Shown: positions 1 through 9,174 of the stretch, one piece after another | Layout: every line of letters starts with the position of its first letter | Position numbering within the stretch: the stretch's first letter is position 1 | NCBI GenBank assembly: GCA_964428655.1 | Contig: CAYRYE010000001.1 | Coordinates: forward strand, 137,328 to 201,327 | From: an uncultured Gammaproteobacteria bacterium | Lineage (GTDB): Bacteria; Patescibacteriota; Microgenomatia; UBA12405; JAHJSD01 | DNA length: 64,000 bases | Direction: 5' to 3' | Position numbers and translations under genes: made by a program | The notes under the pieces: generated by a model | Told to the model about the DNA's origin: nothing | The model's database searches: none | Seen by the model: the letters and a program-made list of their open reading frames with translations, nothing else

Positions 1-44
1 ACCCTGCCCTCGTTCTACTTCTTTTTATCCTAGGAGGGTGGGAG

Positions 45-731
45 TTGAGCGTGAAGGTTTTAGAGATACCTGAGTATCTTTTTGTAGCGCCTTCACGGCT
101 CGTGATGGTTCTGATTAAAAACCATCCGGTTTACCTCCGGCATTTGCAAATTACGCTCGAGGAGGCGGGAGTCGGATTCACAGTGGGGACACTCCTAGCT
201 TTGGCCGGAGCAGTGATTCTGGTGCACTTTCCCCGTTTTAAGCAGGGTGTTCTTCCCTGGGCCATTGCTGCGCAAACCACCCCAGTGGTGGTTTATGCCA
301 CTTATCTATTAATACTCTTTGGTTCAGGGGTGATTGCAAAAATGATCATCGCTGGCATTCTCTCGTTTTTCGCCACTCTTATTGTGGCAACGAGGGGATT
401 GTCGGAGATCGATCAGGCCCTGCTTGACGCCATGAGTTTGGAGACATCGAGTCGCTTGACCATCCTCTGGAAATTGCGCTTTCCTCTGAGCGCTCCCTAC
501 ATAGTAAGCGCGCTCAAGGTTGCCGCCACTAGCGCTATTCTTGGCGCAGTGGTTGGTGAGTGGGTCAGTGGCGGTGGCCAGGGCATTGGTCACTTGCTAT
601 TAATCTACAAAGCACAACTCAGGACTCCAGAACTGTTGGGGGCAGCAACGGTTGTTATAGCAGCAAGCACCAGTAGCTATGGCATAATTACGCTCCTTGA
701 GCGACTCGTCGTTCGTTGGGACTATCGATGA
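45..731 (+). CDS. ABC transporter permease (binding-protein-dependent inner-membrane component, NitT/TauT/SsuC-like). TTG start at 45 preceded by GGAGG; the reading frame stays open to the window start, so the true N-terminus may lie upstream.
   Basis: Hydrophobic polytopic protein with an EAA-loop-like segment (EIDQALLDAMSLETSSRLTILWKLRFPLSAPYIV) typical of ABC permeases. GGAGG at 33-37 sits 7 nt before the TTG. Local GC is higher than the rest of the window. Confidence 0.55.
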   Translation: MSVKVLEIPEYLFVAPSRLVMVLIKNHPVYLRHLQITLEEAGVGFTVGTLLALAGAVILVHFPRFKQGVLPWAIAAQTTPVVVYATYLLILFGSGVIAKMIIAGILSFFATLIVATRGLSEIDQALLDAMSLETSSRLTILWKLRFPLSAPYIVSALKVAATSAILGAVVGEWVSGGGQGIGHLLLIYKAQLRTPELLGAATVVIAASTSSYGIITLLERLVVRWDYR

Positions 732-972
732 CTCTGGAGTAGAGTATTTCTGCACTTTTTGTGCTGATTGCTCTGCTCCGGGGTTTGTCGTTATTAATAG
801 GGATAAAGGTGAAATTATGGCTGAAAGAATAATTCAACAAAGAACCGCTGCTACGGTTACAAAACGTCATGTGTTTCATGGTTGTACTTTATTCACAGTA
901 GAAACTCCAAACGGAGTAAAATTTGGAGATGTAGCAGGTTGGTGTTTAGAGAGTAGGAGTAGTCGTCATCCT

Positions 973-1014
973 CCGGGAGCCAGAGTGACTCTAGTTCCGG
1001 GAGCCAGAGTGACT
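973..1014. promoter_or_regulatory. Tandem direct repeat (19-bp unit tccgggagccagagtgact, twice, 23-bp period) about 60 bp upstream of gap. Candidate SorC/CggR-type operator.
   Basis: The sequence tCCGGGAGccagagTGACtctagtTCCGGGAGccagagTGACt read directly. Its architecture, CGGGAG-N6-TGAC-N8-CGGGAG-N6-TGAC, resembles the CggR operator (CGGGAC-N6-TGTC direct repeats) that precedes gapA in Bacillus. Confidence 0.3.
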
Positions 1015-1034
1015 AGGGTTTTGTGATCATTGTA

Positions 1035-1064
1035 TTGACAATGAAAAGCTTTAAGTTGTAATCT
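1035..1064 (+). promoter_or_regulatory. Sigma-70-like promoter upstream of gap (TTGACA, 18 nt, TAATCT).
   Basis: TTGACA at 1035-1040 and TAATCT at 1059-1064; the gap ATG is at 1074. Confidence 0.35.
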
Positions 1065-1073
1065 GGAATTAGA

Positions 1074-2108
1074 ATGGCGGAGAAAAAGATAAAAGTGGCT
1101 ATTAATGGTTTTGGCAGGATCGGACGAGCAGCGGCTCGAGCCTGGTGGGATAATTATCGAGACAAGATTGAATTAGTGGTAATAAATACTTCAGGCTCTA
1201 TGAACGTTTCTGGCTGGGCTCATCTTTTAAAATATGATTCAGTTTACGGCCGCTTCCCGGCTAAAATTGAGTCAATTGATCCCCGAAAAGCTAAAGAAAT
1301 CGGCATAATTGTTGCTGGAGGTACGGAAATAGCAATTTTAGCAGAGCGGAATCCTAAAAAAATTCCCTGGAAGAATTATAATGTTAATGTCGTTTTAGAG
1401 TGCACTGGTGTTTTTGCCGATCTTTCCGCTAAGGATCATTTTAGAGGAAGAGTTCAAAAAGTTATTATTTCTGCTCCGCCGAAAGATGGGTCTATTCCGA
1501 TTTTTCTTTTTGGTGTTAATGAAGACCGGTACAAAGGGCAAAACCTAATTAGCATAGGATCTTGTACTACTAATTGTGTTGCTCCAATTGTCAAATTGAT
1601 TGATCAAAAATTAGGTTTTGAGGAGTGTATTATGACTACGATCCATGCCTATACTGCCAACCAAAATGTTGTTGACGGTTCTCATAAAGATTTGCGTAGA
1701 GCTAGAGCGGCGGCAATCAATATTGTTCCCACTGGGACAGGAGCGGCTAAAGCAGTTGAGGCGGCTTATCCAGAAATTAAGGGCCGGTTTGCCGCTAGTG
1801 CTATTCGGGTGCCGGTTGTTTGCGGCTCTTACGCTGAATTTGTTTTCAAATTAAAGAAAAAAACTACTGTTGACCAAGTTAATCAAATTTTTGAACAAGC
1901 GGCGGCTGGTAAATTAGTAGGGTTTTTGAAGGTTTCTTATGAGCCTTTGGTTTCTTCTGATATCATTGGTAACTCGGCTTCAGCAATTGTTGATTTATCA
2001 ATGACTGAAGTTCTTTCCGAAGATATGCTCAAGGTAACTGCTTGGTATGATAATGAGTATGGCTATTCTTGCCGGCTGCTTGAGATGGCGGTTGAAATTC
2101 TAGGTTAG
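1074..2108 (+). CDS. gap: Glyceraldehyde-3-phosphate dehydrogenase (type I).
   Basis: N-terminal INGFGRIGR NAD-binding motif and catalytic SCTTNC segment; 344 aa, canonical length. Confidence 0.95.
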   Translation: MAEKKIKVAINGFGRIGRAAARAWWDNYRDKIELVVINTSGSMNVSGWAHLLKYDSVYGRFPAKIESIDPRKAKEIGIIVAGGTEIAILAERNPKKIPWKNYNVNVVLECTGVFADLSAKDHFRGRVQKVIISAPPKDGSIPIFLFGVNEDRYKGQNLISIGSCTTNCVAPIVKLIDQKLGFEECIMTTIHAYTANQNVVDGSHKDLRRARAAAINIVPTGTGAAKAVEAAYPEIKGRFAASAIRVPVVCGSYAEFVFKLKKKTTVDQVNQIFEQAAAGKLVGFLKVSYEPLVSSDIIGNSASAIVDLSMTEVLSEDMLKVTAWYDNEYGYSCRLLEMAVEILG

Positions 2109-2111
2109 TTT

Positions 2112-2426
2112 TTAAATAGTTGGTTTCTTTTCAAATTCGCCCTCAAATTCATCAAAGTTCACATATTTTTGGGAGATAATTTTTACCTTCTCAACTTTTG
2201 AAAAAGGTGATCCCCGCCACAACCAATTAATCATCTTTTTTACCTTTGGCTTTGGTCCAAGCATAGTCACTTCAACTTGACCATTTTGTCTATTTCTTAC
2301 CCAGCCAGAGATTTTTAGTTTTTTGGCTTTTCTAATAGTATGCCACCTGTAAAGGACTCTTTGGACTCGGCCGGAGATAAAAGTGTGAATCTTAACAAGA
2401 TTTTTAGTTTTTCTTTTCATATTCAT
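2112..2426 (-). CDS. acyP: Acylphosphatase.
   Basis: Matches both acylphosphatase signatures (GRVQRVLYRW... and GWVRNRQNGQVEV). The true start is probably a downstream Met, giving about 90 aa. Confidence 0.7.
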   Translation of the reverse strand: MNMKRKTKNLVKIHTFISGRVQRVLYRWHTIRKAKKLKISGWVRNRQNGQVEVTMLGPKPKVKKMINWLWRGSPFSKVEKVKIISQKYVNFDEFEGEFEKKPTI

Positions 2427-2586
2427 ATATTACCGCAGTGTTATCTTTGTAAATCAATTGCCAAGGATAGGTTTTGTTTTTTTCTAGTTCAAGGTCCAAA
2501 AAAGTTCCTTTAGCAATGAAAAGACAATCAGCTCCATATTTTTTTAGTTTATCATTAAATTTATTTTTGGCTTGAATAATTTCCAA
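2404..2586 (-). CDS. Small hypothetical protein (60 aa).
   Basis: ORF fills the gap between acyP and the upstream membrane protein; no recognisable motif. Confidence 0.2.
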   Translation of the reverse strand: MEIIQAKNKFNDKLKKYGADCLFIAKGTFLDLELEKNKTYPWQLIYKDNTAVIYEYEKKN

Positions 2587-3893
2587 GTAGATTGTGTAGG
2601 GGCTTTTTTCTTTAGGAGTGGATTCATCCCTCCTGAGGAGTCCTTTGCGGCTGAATTGGAGGGCCAGGTTGGCATTCGGCCATCAACAAAAGTCTTTCTT
2701 TCCGGTAAATGCCAGGCCAAATAACCGCCCCATTCATAAGCATTAAAGATTTGTTGGCAAGTTTCAGGAGACTTTGTTTTTAAATACTCAACAGCGTCAC
2801 AAGGAAGAGTCCACTTGCTTAATTCACAGATTGACGACCATCCTTTGCTTAGATCAGGAAGATTTTTTAAACGCCAAACCATTATTCCCAAAAGAAAAAA
2901 GACCATAAATCCTTTTACTGACAATTGGAAAAGTTTTAATTTTTTAAATCTAATTTTTGGCAAAGAAAAGCTGGCAGCCAAGAAATGAATTGAAGCAAGA
3001 CCGAAAAGAGGAAGATGACGTCTGGCTTTAAAAGCAAGATAAGTGAAAAATAACCAGCTTAAAATTAAAAAAAGCGATTTTTCTCTTTTGAAAAACTCAA
3101 GACTTATTTTTTTAGAAATAAAGTTTAAAACAACAATGGCAATAACGATAAAAAGAAAAAAGAGACCAGTATTATTAGGGGGCACCCATTCGGCAATAAG
3201 TTTGTTAAGTGGATACCAGGAGTGACGAAGAACTTCTGAATAAATCCGCCAGCCAAAGGGATTAAACAAAGCGGCTAAAGCAGTAACAAAAGCGATTATC
3301 ACTATATTTAAAGCCTCTTTCTTGTTTTTTTGACAAAGTTTTTCAAAGCCATAAAAAATAAGAAGAATTAATCCTAGCAGGAAGCCGCCATGGAGGTTGG
3401 CCCACAAGGTAAAAAGAGCTGTTAAACCAACAATTTGAATTAAGGAAAATTTTTCTTTAGTTAAAACGAGATAGAAAATATAAGAAACACCAAGAAGGCT
3501 AAATAATTGGCTTCGATAGCCAAGGTTAGTTACTGGATTGCTTATTAGAATAATGAATAAAGATCCCATTGTGGGCCAAAGGAATTTTTTCTGGTAGGTT
3601 TTAAAAAGGAAGAAAAAAACACCAGTAATAATTAAGCCGGTTAAAATTGTCAGTCCCCAGAAACCCAGATATTGATAAATAACAAAACTGGTTAATTGAT
3701 AAAGAGAGTAAGAGTGAGCCCATTGATAATCAGAAAGAAAAAAACCGATTTGGTTGGTTTTCCAAGCAGACCGGGTTTCAAAGATATGTTTGCCATAACG
3801 AAGGCGCCAACCCAAGTCAGTATCAATGGGAGGGAGTAAATAAACGAAAAAAATAGTAGTTAATAACAAAACTTTCAGCCACTTATTTTTCAT
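2544..3893 (-). CDS. Polytopic integral membrane protein of unknown function (449 aa, more than 10 predicted TM segments); possibly glycosyltransferase-related.
   Basis: Hydrophobic periodicity throughout and AT-rich codon usage like neighbouring genes; no diagnostic motif recognised. Confidence 0.55.
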   Translation of the reverse strand: MKNKWLKVLLLTTIFFVYLLPPIDTDLGWRLRYGKHIFETRSAWKTNQIGFFLSDYQWAHSYSLYQLTSFVIYQYLGFWGLTILTGLIITGVFFFLFKTYQKKFLWPTMGSLFIILISNPVTNLGYRSQLFSLLGVSYIFYLVLTKEKFSLIQIVGLTALFTLWANLHGGFLLGLILLIFYGFEKLCQKNKKEALNIVIIAFVTALAALFNPFGWRIYSEVLRHSWYPLNKLIAEWVPPNNTGLFFLFIVIAIVVLNFISKKISLEFFKREKSLFLILSWLFFTYLAFKARRHLPLFGLASIHFLAASFSLPKIRFKKLKLFQLSVKGFMVFFLLGIMVWRLKNLPDLSKGWSSICELSKWTLPCDAVEYLKTKSPETCQQIFNAYEWGGYLAWHLPERKTFVDGRMPTWPSNSAAKDSSGGMNPLLKKKAPTQSTWKLFKPKINLMIN

Positions 3894-4909
3894 AATTTTA
3901 TTGATTCGTCAATTTGAGGTTGGCAGCACTCCCGCATAAAAACCGGAATCAAATCAACTTTTGAAATTTGATGATTATTGATTGTGATTAAAGCAATTGC
4001 TCCGGTTCTGGTTTCCTGGCTCCACATTTGGTCAAAAACAAAGTTGCCTAGAGAGTAGAGAATAGGTTTGTCTTTATAATACTCGATGGGCTGTAAAACA
4101 TGAGGGTGATGGCCAATAATTAAATTAGCGCCGCTATCAATAGCCAGTCGAGCCAAATATTTTTGCCTTTCAGTAGGCTTTTTTTGGTATTCAACTCCCC
4201 AATGAAGATTAACAATAACAAGACCTGATTCACGCTTTGCTTTTTTAATTTTCCCAATTAGATTGCTCTCATCAATACGTCGCACAATATCATCAAAGCC
4301 AAGGAGGGCAATCCTTGATCCATTAATTGTTTTGTAACTAACTTTTTCAAGACCAAAATAGCCAATTTGATGCTCTTTTAGTGTTTCAATAGTTTGTCGA
4401 ATTCCATCTGACCCAAAATTAGCAATGTGGTTATTGGCCAGATTTAATAAATCAAAACCAGCAAGAGCCAAACCCTTGGCATTTTCAACATTGCCGCAAA
4501 ATTTCATTCCGGTTCTGGCTAAGGGACAGTCTTTAATTAATGGCCCTTCAAGATTGCCAATTGTTAAGTCAACTTTCTTTAGAAATTCAACTGTTTTTTG
4601 AAAAGGAAAAGTAGGGTCATTTCTTTGTTGAATTTGCCAATTGACCTCACGGCTTAAACTGATATCGCCAACAGCGGCAATGGTAATCTCTTTGGGAATT
4701 GGAGCATTAGTGGTGGTTGGCTCAGCAGTTATTATTGCCTGACTTGGTTGTTTTTCTTCTTTAGTTTCTTTGAGAACAAAAGACCAAACAAAAAAATTGA
4801 CAAAAACGAGGGCGGCAACTGGTTTCCAGTAAGGCCAGAATTTTTTCACTGAGTATATAATATCAGTATGGCTCAATTTTTGGTTGGTACCTCTGGATTT
4901 TCTTAACAA
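3890..4909 (-). CDS. CapA/PgsA-family metallophosphoesterase (poly-gamma-glutamate synthesis-like), with N-terminal membrane anchor.
   Basis: Motifs VGDISLSREVN, NNHIANFG and HWGVEY...GHHPHVLQP...LGNFVFDQ typical of the CapA calcineurin-like family. Confidence 0.75.
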   Translation of the reverse strand: MLRKSRGTNQKLSHTDIIYSVKKFWPYWKPVAALVFVNFFVWSFVLKETKEEKQPSQAIITAEPTTTNAPIPKEITIAAVGDISLSREVNWQIQQRNDPTFPFQKTVEFLKKVDLTIGNLEGPLIKDCPLARTGMKFCGNVENAKGLALAGFDLLNLANNHIANFGSDGIRQTIETLKEHQIGYFGLEKVSYKTINGSRIALLGFDDIVRRIDESNLIGKIKKAKRESGLVIVNLHWGVEYQKKPTERQKYLARLAIDSGANLIIGHHPHVLQPIEYYKDKPILYSLGNFVFDQMWSQETRTGAIALITINNHQISKVDLIPVFMRECCQPQIDESIKL

Positions 4910-5023
4910 GGATTGGATTGGTAAATCTTATCCTGAGGATTTGCCTTCTAATCAATGGCTTGAATATTATTCCCGGCATGCTTTTACTGTTGAGAACGCG
5001 AGGGAGATGATAGAATTACTAAG

Positions 5024-5578
5024 ATGAGCGAAATTAGGAGAGTAGCCATCTTTGGTTATTCAGAGGCTAAGCCTGATGAGCAAGATTATAAAGATGCTCA
5101 CCAAACAGCCTATTTATTGGCTAAAGAGGGATTTGAGATTATCAACGGCGGTGGTCCGGGGATTATGAAAGCGACTTCTGAAGGAGCAAGAGCCGCTGGC
5201 GGCAAAACAATTGGGGTTGCTTTTGAAGCTAAAGGAATGACTAATTTTGAAGGCCGTGATCCAACTAATATTTTGGACGAGGAGATCGTGGTGTCTAATT
5301 ATCTGGAGCGGACATTAAGGCTTTTAGAATTAGGTGATGTTTATGTCTTTTTTAATGGCGGCACAGGAACAATTTCTGAATTTGGCATGGCCTGGGGATT
5401 GGCGAGATTGTTTTTTGGCCAACATAAACCATTAATTTTGTTTGGCAGCTGGTGGCATGAAATTTTGGAAGCTTTTGGCAGAAATATGCGTTTGCGGAAA
5501 AAAGAACTTCAAGTTTATCGGATCGTTAACACTCCTGAAGAAGTGGTTGAAGAAATAATTGAGTTGATTGGTAAGTAA
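5024..5578 (+). CDS. LOG-family protein (TIGR00730 Rossmann-fold nucleotide-binding; cytokinin-riboside-5'-monophosphate phosphoribohydrolase-like).
   Basis: INGGGPGIMKA and GGTGT motifs; 184 aa. Confidence 0.75.
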   Translation: MSEIRRVAIFGYSEAKPDEQDYKDAHQTAYLLAKEGFEIINGGGPGIMKATSEGARAAGGKTIGVAFEAKGMTNFEGRDPTNILDEEIVVSNYLERTLRLLELGDVYVFFNGGTGTISEFGMAWGLARLFFGQHKPLILFGSWWHEILEAFGRNMRLRKKELQVYRIVNTPEEVVEEIIELIGK

Positions 5579-8180
5579 GAATATGAGAGTGAAACAGACA
5601 ATTGGTCTTTCTTCAAAAGAGGCGGCAAAAAAGCTGGAAAAATATGGCTTCAATGAGATTGAAAAAAAGCGGGAGTTTCTCTGGGCTCGATTAGTTTTTG
5701 ATCAGTTTAAATCTCCCTTAATTTACATTTTGCTTCTGGCTGGTATTATTTCTTTGATTTTGACCGAATGGACTGATGCCTTGGTCATTTTTCTGGCGGT
5801 GGTGGTTAACACATCTTTAGGATTTTTTCAGGAATTCAAGGCAGAGGGGGCTTTAATTGCCCTTCAGAAATTAATTGTTCCTCACGCCCTAGTAATAAGA
5901 GGTAAAAAAAGGAAACGAATTGAAGCGGCTTATCTGGTTCCCGGCGACCTGGTGATTTTAAAAATGGGTGACAGAGTTCCGGCCGACGGAATTTTAATTA
6001 AAGCGAAGAATCTTTATTTCAATGAGGCGATTTTGACTGGTGAGTCGGAGGCGGTAGAAAAAAAAGTTTTAGCCAAGAAAGAAATCTCCTCCCTGCTTAA
6101 AGGTATGGTACGAGGCTATAGTAGTAAAAAAAGCGCTTTTATGGGAACAACAGTGGTTTCAGGAAAAGGCAGAATTTTGGTTACCGGCACAGGAAAAAAT
6201 ACAAGAATTGGTCAGTTGGCAATAAAGCTAAAAGAAACAGTTAGTGAAGAAACTCCCCTGAAAATTCAAATTACTAAGCTTGCCAGAACCTTGACTTTAA
6301 TTATTGGCTCTATCTGCCTGATAATTTTTGTCGAAGGAGTTTTAAAAGGGAGAGATTTGGTGGAAATGTTTATTTTGGCGGTGGCGTTAGCAGTGGCAGC
6401 GATTCCGGAAGGATTAGCCATTTCAGTAACAATGGTCTTAACTTTGGGAATGGAGCGAATTTTGAAAAAAAAGGGCTTGGTGAGGAAATTGTTGGCGGCT
6501 GAAACCTTGGGTTCGGTTGATGTTATTTGCTTGGACAAAACTGGAACTTTAACTGAGGGTAAGGTGAGAGTAGCCAAGATTGATGTGGTTAACAAACAAC
6601 TGGCGGCTTCGGTGGCTGTTTTTTGCAATAATTTAATCAATCCATTGGGAATAGCTTTGTGGGATTGGGGCAAGAAAAATTTAAAACTGGACGGTACTTT
6701 GCCTGCCTGTTTACCAGTGGATGGACTTGGCGATCGAGGCGAGGAGTTTAGAATTGATGAAATTCCTTTTTCTTCAAAAAGAAAAATTACTGCTGTCCTG
6801 TGTAGAAAGGGAAAAAATAAAGGGGTTTTTTATCTCTCTGGAGCGCCGGAAGTGGTTTTGGAATTAAGCGGGCTCAGCAAGAAAGAAAAATTAAAATGGG
6901 AGGATAACTTAAATCGCCATACTGGGAAAGGATTTCGGGCGATTGGATTAAGTTTTTTGGAAGGTGATTTAGAAAAACTGAAGGAGAAATTTAATCTTCT
7001 AAGAAATAAATTACTTGAATATGATGGTCAGTTGGCCCGTGAGATTAATTTGGGAACTAATTGGTTGGGCTTAGTTCTTTTTGAAGATCCAGTAAGAGAA
7101 GGGGTTAAGAAGACTCTTGATCTAGCTCAAAAAGCGGGAATAGAAATTAAGGTTATCACTGGGGATTATCAAAATACGGCAGTGGCAGTTTTAAACCGGC
7201 TAGGCTTAGTGAGAGGTGCGTTGAAAGCAAAACAGGTGATGGAGGGGGGAGAGGTGAAAAGAATTGGTGAGGAAGAATTAAGCCGCAGAATTGAGGAAAT
7301 AATTCTTTTTTACCGGACTACGCCGGAGCAAAAAACCAAAATTGTTGCCGCCTTGCAAAAAAATGGCCGCACAGTGGCAATGATGGGTGACGGAGTTAAC
7401 GATGCTTTGGCTTTGAAAAAAGCGGATATTGGTATTGTTGTTGGTGAAGCAAGCGAGGTGGCCAAAGAAACAGCCGATATGGTTTTGCTGGATTCCAGTT
7501 TTTCCACCGTTATTGCTGCCATAAAAGAAGGAAGGGCGATTTTTGAAAATATAAAAAAAGTGGTTTTGTATCTTTTATCAAGCAGTTTTTCAGAATTGAT
7601 TCTTATCGGTGGTAGTTTGCTATTTGGTTTTCCTTTGCCTATTTTACCGGCTCAAATTCTTTGGGTTAACTTGATTGAAGACGGTTTGCCCGGTTTAGCT
7701 CTGGCTTTTGAGAAAACTGATAAGGGATTGATGCAAAAGAAGCCAAGAGTTAAGAAGGCGCCAATTTTAGACAAAGAGGTCAAAACAATGATTTTTGTTA
7801 TTAGCTTGGTAACAGACTTAATATTATTGAGCCTTTGTTGGTTTTTATTAAAAATTGGCTGTCCTTTGGATAAGTTAAGAACGATTATTTTTGCTGTCTT
7901 AGCTGCTGATTCTTTACTTTTTGTTTTTTCTTGTAAGAACTTGAGGAAGAATCTTTGGCAGATAAATGTTTTTTCCAATAAACTTCTGAATCTTTCAGTA
8001 ATTTTAGGTTTTGTAATGCTTTTACTGGTAATTTATCTTCGGCCGCTGAATTTAGTTTTTAAAACAGTTCCTTTAAAGCCAGAGATTCTGATTGCTGTTT
8101 TGCTTTTGGGGGGAGTTGATATTTTCGGTATTGAGGTAATAAAATTGAAGTTCAGAAAAAAGAGGTTGAAACGCAAGTGA
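5568..8180 (+). CDS. P-type cation-transporting ATPase (P2-type, Ca2+/Mg2+-like). The likely true start is the Met at 5583.
   Basis: DKTGTLT phosphorylation motif, TGES-like actuator region (TGESEAVEK), and MMGDGVNDALALKKADIGI hinge motif; 10 TM segments. Confidence 0.9.
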   Translation: MVSKNMRVKQTIGLSSKEAAKKLEKYGFNEIEKKREFLWARLVFDQFKSPLIYILLLAGIISLILTEWTDALVIFLAVVVNTSLGFFQEFKAEGALIALQKLIVPHALVIRGKKRKRIEAAYLVPGDLVILKMGDRVPADGILIKAKNLYFNEAILTGESEAVEKKVLAKKEISSLLKGMVRGYSSKKSAFMGTTVVSGKGRILVTGTGKNTRIGQLAIKLKETVSEETPLKIQITKLARTLTLIIGSICLIIFVEGVLKGRDLVEMFILAVALAVAAIPEGLAISVTMVLTLGMERILKKKGLVRKLLAAETLGSVDVICLDKTGTLTEGKVRVAKIDVVNKQLAASVAVFCNNLINPLGIALWDWGKKNLKLDGTLPACLPVDGLGDRGEEFRIDEIPFSSKRKITAVLCRKGKNKGVFYLSGAPEVVLELSGLSKKEKLKWEDNLNRHTGKGFRAIGLSFLEGDLEKLKEKFNLLRNKLLEYDGQLAREINLGTNWLGLVLFEDPVREGVKKTLDLAQKAGIEIKVITGDYQNTAVAVLNRLGLVRGALKAKQVMEGGEVKRIGEEELSRRIEEIILFYRTTPEQKTKIVAALQKNGRTVAMMGDGVNDALALKKADIGIVVGEASEVAKETADMVLLDSSFSTVIAAIKEGRAIFENIKKVVLYLLSSSFSELILIGGSLLFGFPLPILPAQILWVNLIEDGLPGLALAFEKTDKGLMQKKPRVKKAPILDKEVKTMIFVISLVTDLILLSLCWFLLKIGCPLDKLRTIIFAVLAADSLLFVFSCKNLRKNLWQINVFSNKLLNLSVILGFVMLLLVIYLRPLNLVFKTVPLKPEILIAVLLLGGVDIFGIEVIKLKFRKKRLKRK

Positions 8181-8231
8181 TTAGAAAATTATGAAGAATT
8201 GCGAGTTTATAAAATTACCCCGGTTAGCCTC

Positions 8232-8260
8232 TTGACAAACCTTAGTTTTGGGTATATATT
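8232..8260 (+). promoter_or_regulatory. Sigma-70-like promoter (TTGACA, 17 nt, TATATT) placing the TSS at or next to the ATG of the DUF134 gene, implying a leaderless transcript.
   Basis: TTGACA at 8232-8237 and TATATT at 8255-8260; the ATG at 8267 has no Shine-Dalgarno upstream. Confidence 0.35.
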
Positions 8261-8266
8261 CATAAT

Positions 8267-8758
8267 ATGCCAAGACCAAAAAGATTTAGAAGAGTTCGTT
8301 TCTTGCCGGAAATAACATATTTTAAACCCAATGGCGTTCCATTAAAGTGGCTTGGAAAAGTATCCCTTTCTCTTGATGAATTAGAGGCTTTAAGATTGGC
8401 AGATTTTGAAGATCAAGATCAGGTAAAAGCGGCCAAGAAAATGAAGATTTCCCAGAGCACTTTTCAAAGGATTTTAGCCTCAGCACGAAAAAAAACCGCC
8501 GAAGCATTAGTAGTTGGCAAAGCAATACAAGTGAAAGGAGGTGAGATAAATATGCCAAGACCAAGGCGAGGACGAGGAGCCGGTTTGGGTGTTGGTGGCG
8601 GCAGGGGTCGAATGGGTGGCCAGTTTGCTGCTGGTCCTGGTGGGTTTTGTGTCTGCACTGATCCTAAGTGTAAACATAAAATACCTCATCAAGTTGGAGT
8701 CCCTTGCTATCAAGTTAAATGCCCAAAATGTGATTCGTCCATGATTAGAAAAAGATAG
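8267..8758 (+). CDS. Two-domain protein: N-terminal DUF134 (UPF0251, predicted DNA-binding) fused to a Gly/Arg-rich segment plus a Cys-rich zinc ribbon (DUF5320-like).
   Basis: Residues 1-95 match the DUF134 pattern ([10 protein letters not shown]...FKP.G.P...[15 protein letters not shown]...[29 protein letters not shown]). Residues 96-163 restart with [20 protein letters not shown]... and end with [10 protein letters not shown]...CYQVKCPKC. An internal AAGGAGG (8535-8541) precedes an in-frame ATG at 8552. Confidence 0.7.
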   Translation: MPRPKRFRRVRFLPEITYFKPNGVPLKWLGKVSLSLDELEALRLADFEDQDQVKAAKKMKISQSTFQRILASARKKTAEALVVGKAIQVKGGEINMPRPRRGRGAGLGVGGGRGRMGGQFAAGPGGFCVCTDPKCKHKIPHQVGVPCYQVKCPKCDSSMIRKR

Positions 8759-8790
8759 ATAATAATTAACTGTTAGAGTTTTTTAAGGAG

Positions 8791-9171
8791 GTGAAAAAAA
8801 TGAAAGTTTGTATTAGTCTTAGCGGCAAGACCCTTGATTCTTTAATCGATTTTAGGTTTGGCCGTTGTCCTTATTTTTTGGTAGTCAACCTAAAGGACAA
8901 GAATAAAGTTAAAGTGGTTAAAAACTCAGCTACTAAAGCTTTTAGGGGTGCAGGGATTAGTGCCGCCCAACTGGTTGCCGATTTGGGAGTAGGCGTAGTT
9001 ATTACTGGCAATATTGGGCCTAACGCCTTTTCAGTTTTACAGTCAGTCGGTGTTAAGATTTTTCAAGGAGCCAATATAACGGCTAAAGAAGCAATAGAAA
9101 AATTTAAAAAGAATGAGTTATTGGAAATAACAGCTGCAACCGGTTCAGGTAGCTGCAGCCAAGAAAAATGA
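8791..9171 (+). CDS. Dinitrogenase FeMo-cofactor-binding-domain protein (NifX/NafY/NifB-C-terminal-like, Nitro_FeMo-Co family).
   Basis: FGRCPYFLVV...GISAAQLVADLGVGVVITGNIGPNAFSVLQSVGVKIF matches the family; 126 aa. Confidence 0.75.
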   Translation: MKKMKVCISLSGKTLDSLIDFRFGRCPYFLVVNLKDKNKVKVVKNSATKAFRGAGISAAQLVADLGVGVVITGNIGPNAFSVLQSVGVKIFQGANITAKEAIEKFKKNELLEITAATGSGSCSQEK

Positions 9172-9174
9172 AAA

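Noticed and set aside
697-1026. 109-aa plus-strand ORF between the ABC permease and gap
   Set aside because: It overlaps the permease 3' end and runs through the tandem operator-like repeat. Its composition is unlike neighbouring genes and it has no motif. More likely regulatory or noncoding, though a shorter 70-aa ORF from 817 cannot be excluded.
1645-1854. 69-aa ORF in an alternative frame inside gap
   Set aside because: Internal to a canonical, motif-complete GAPDH gene; artefact.
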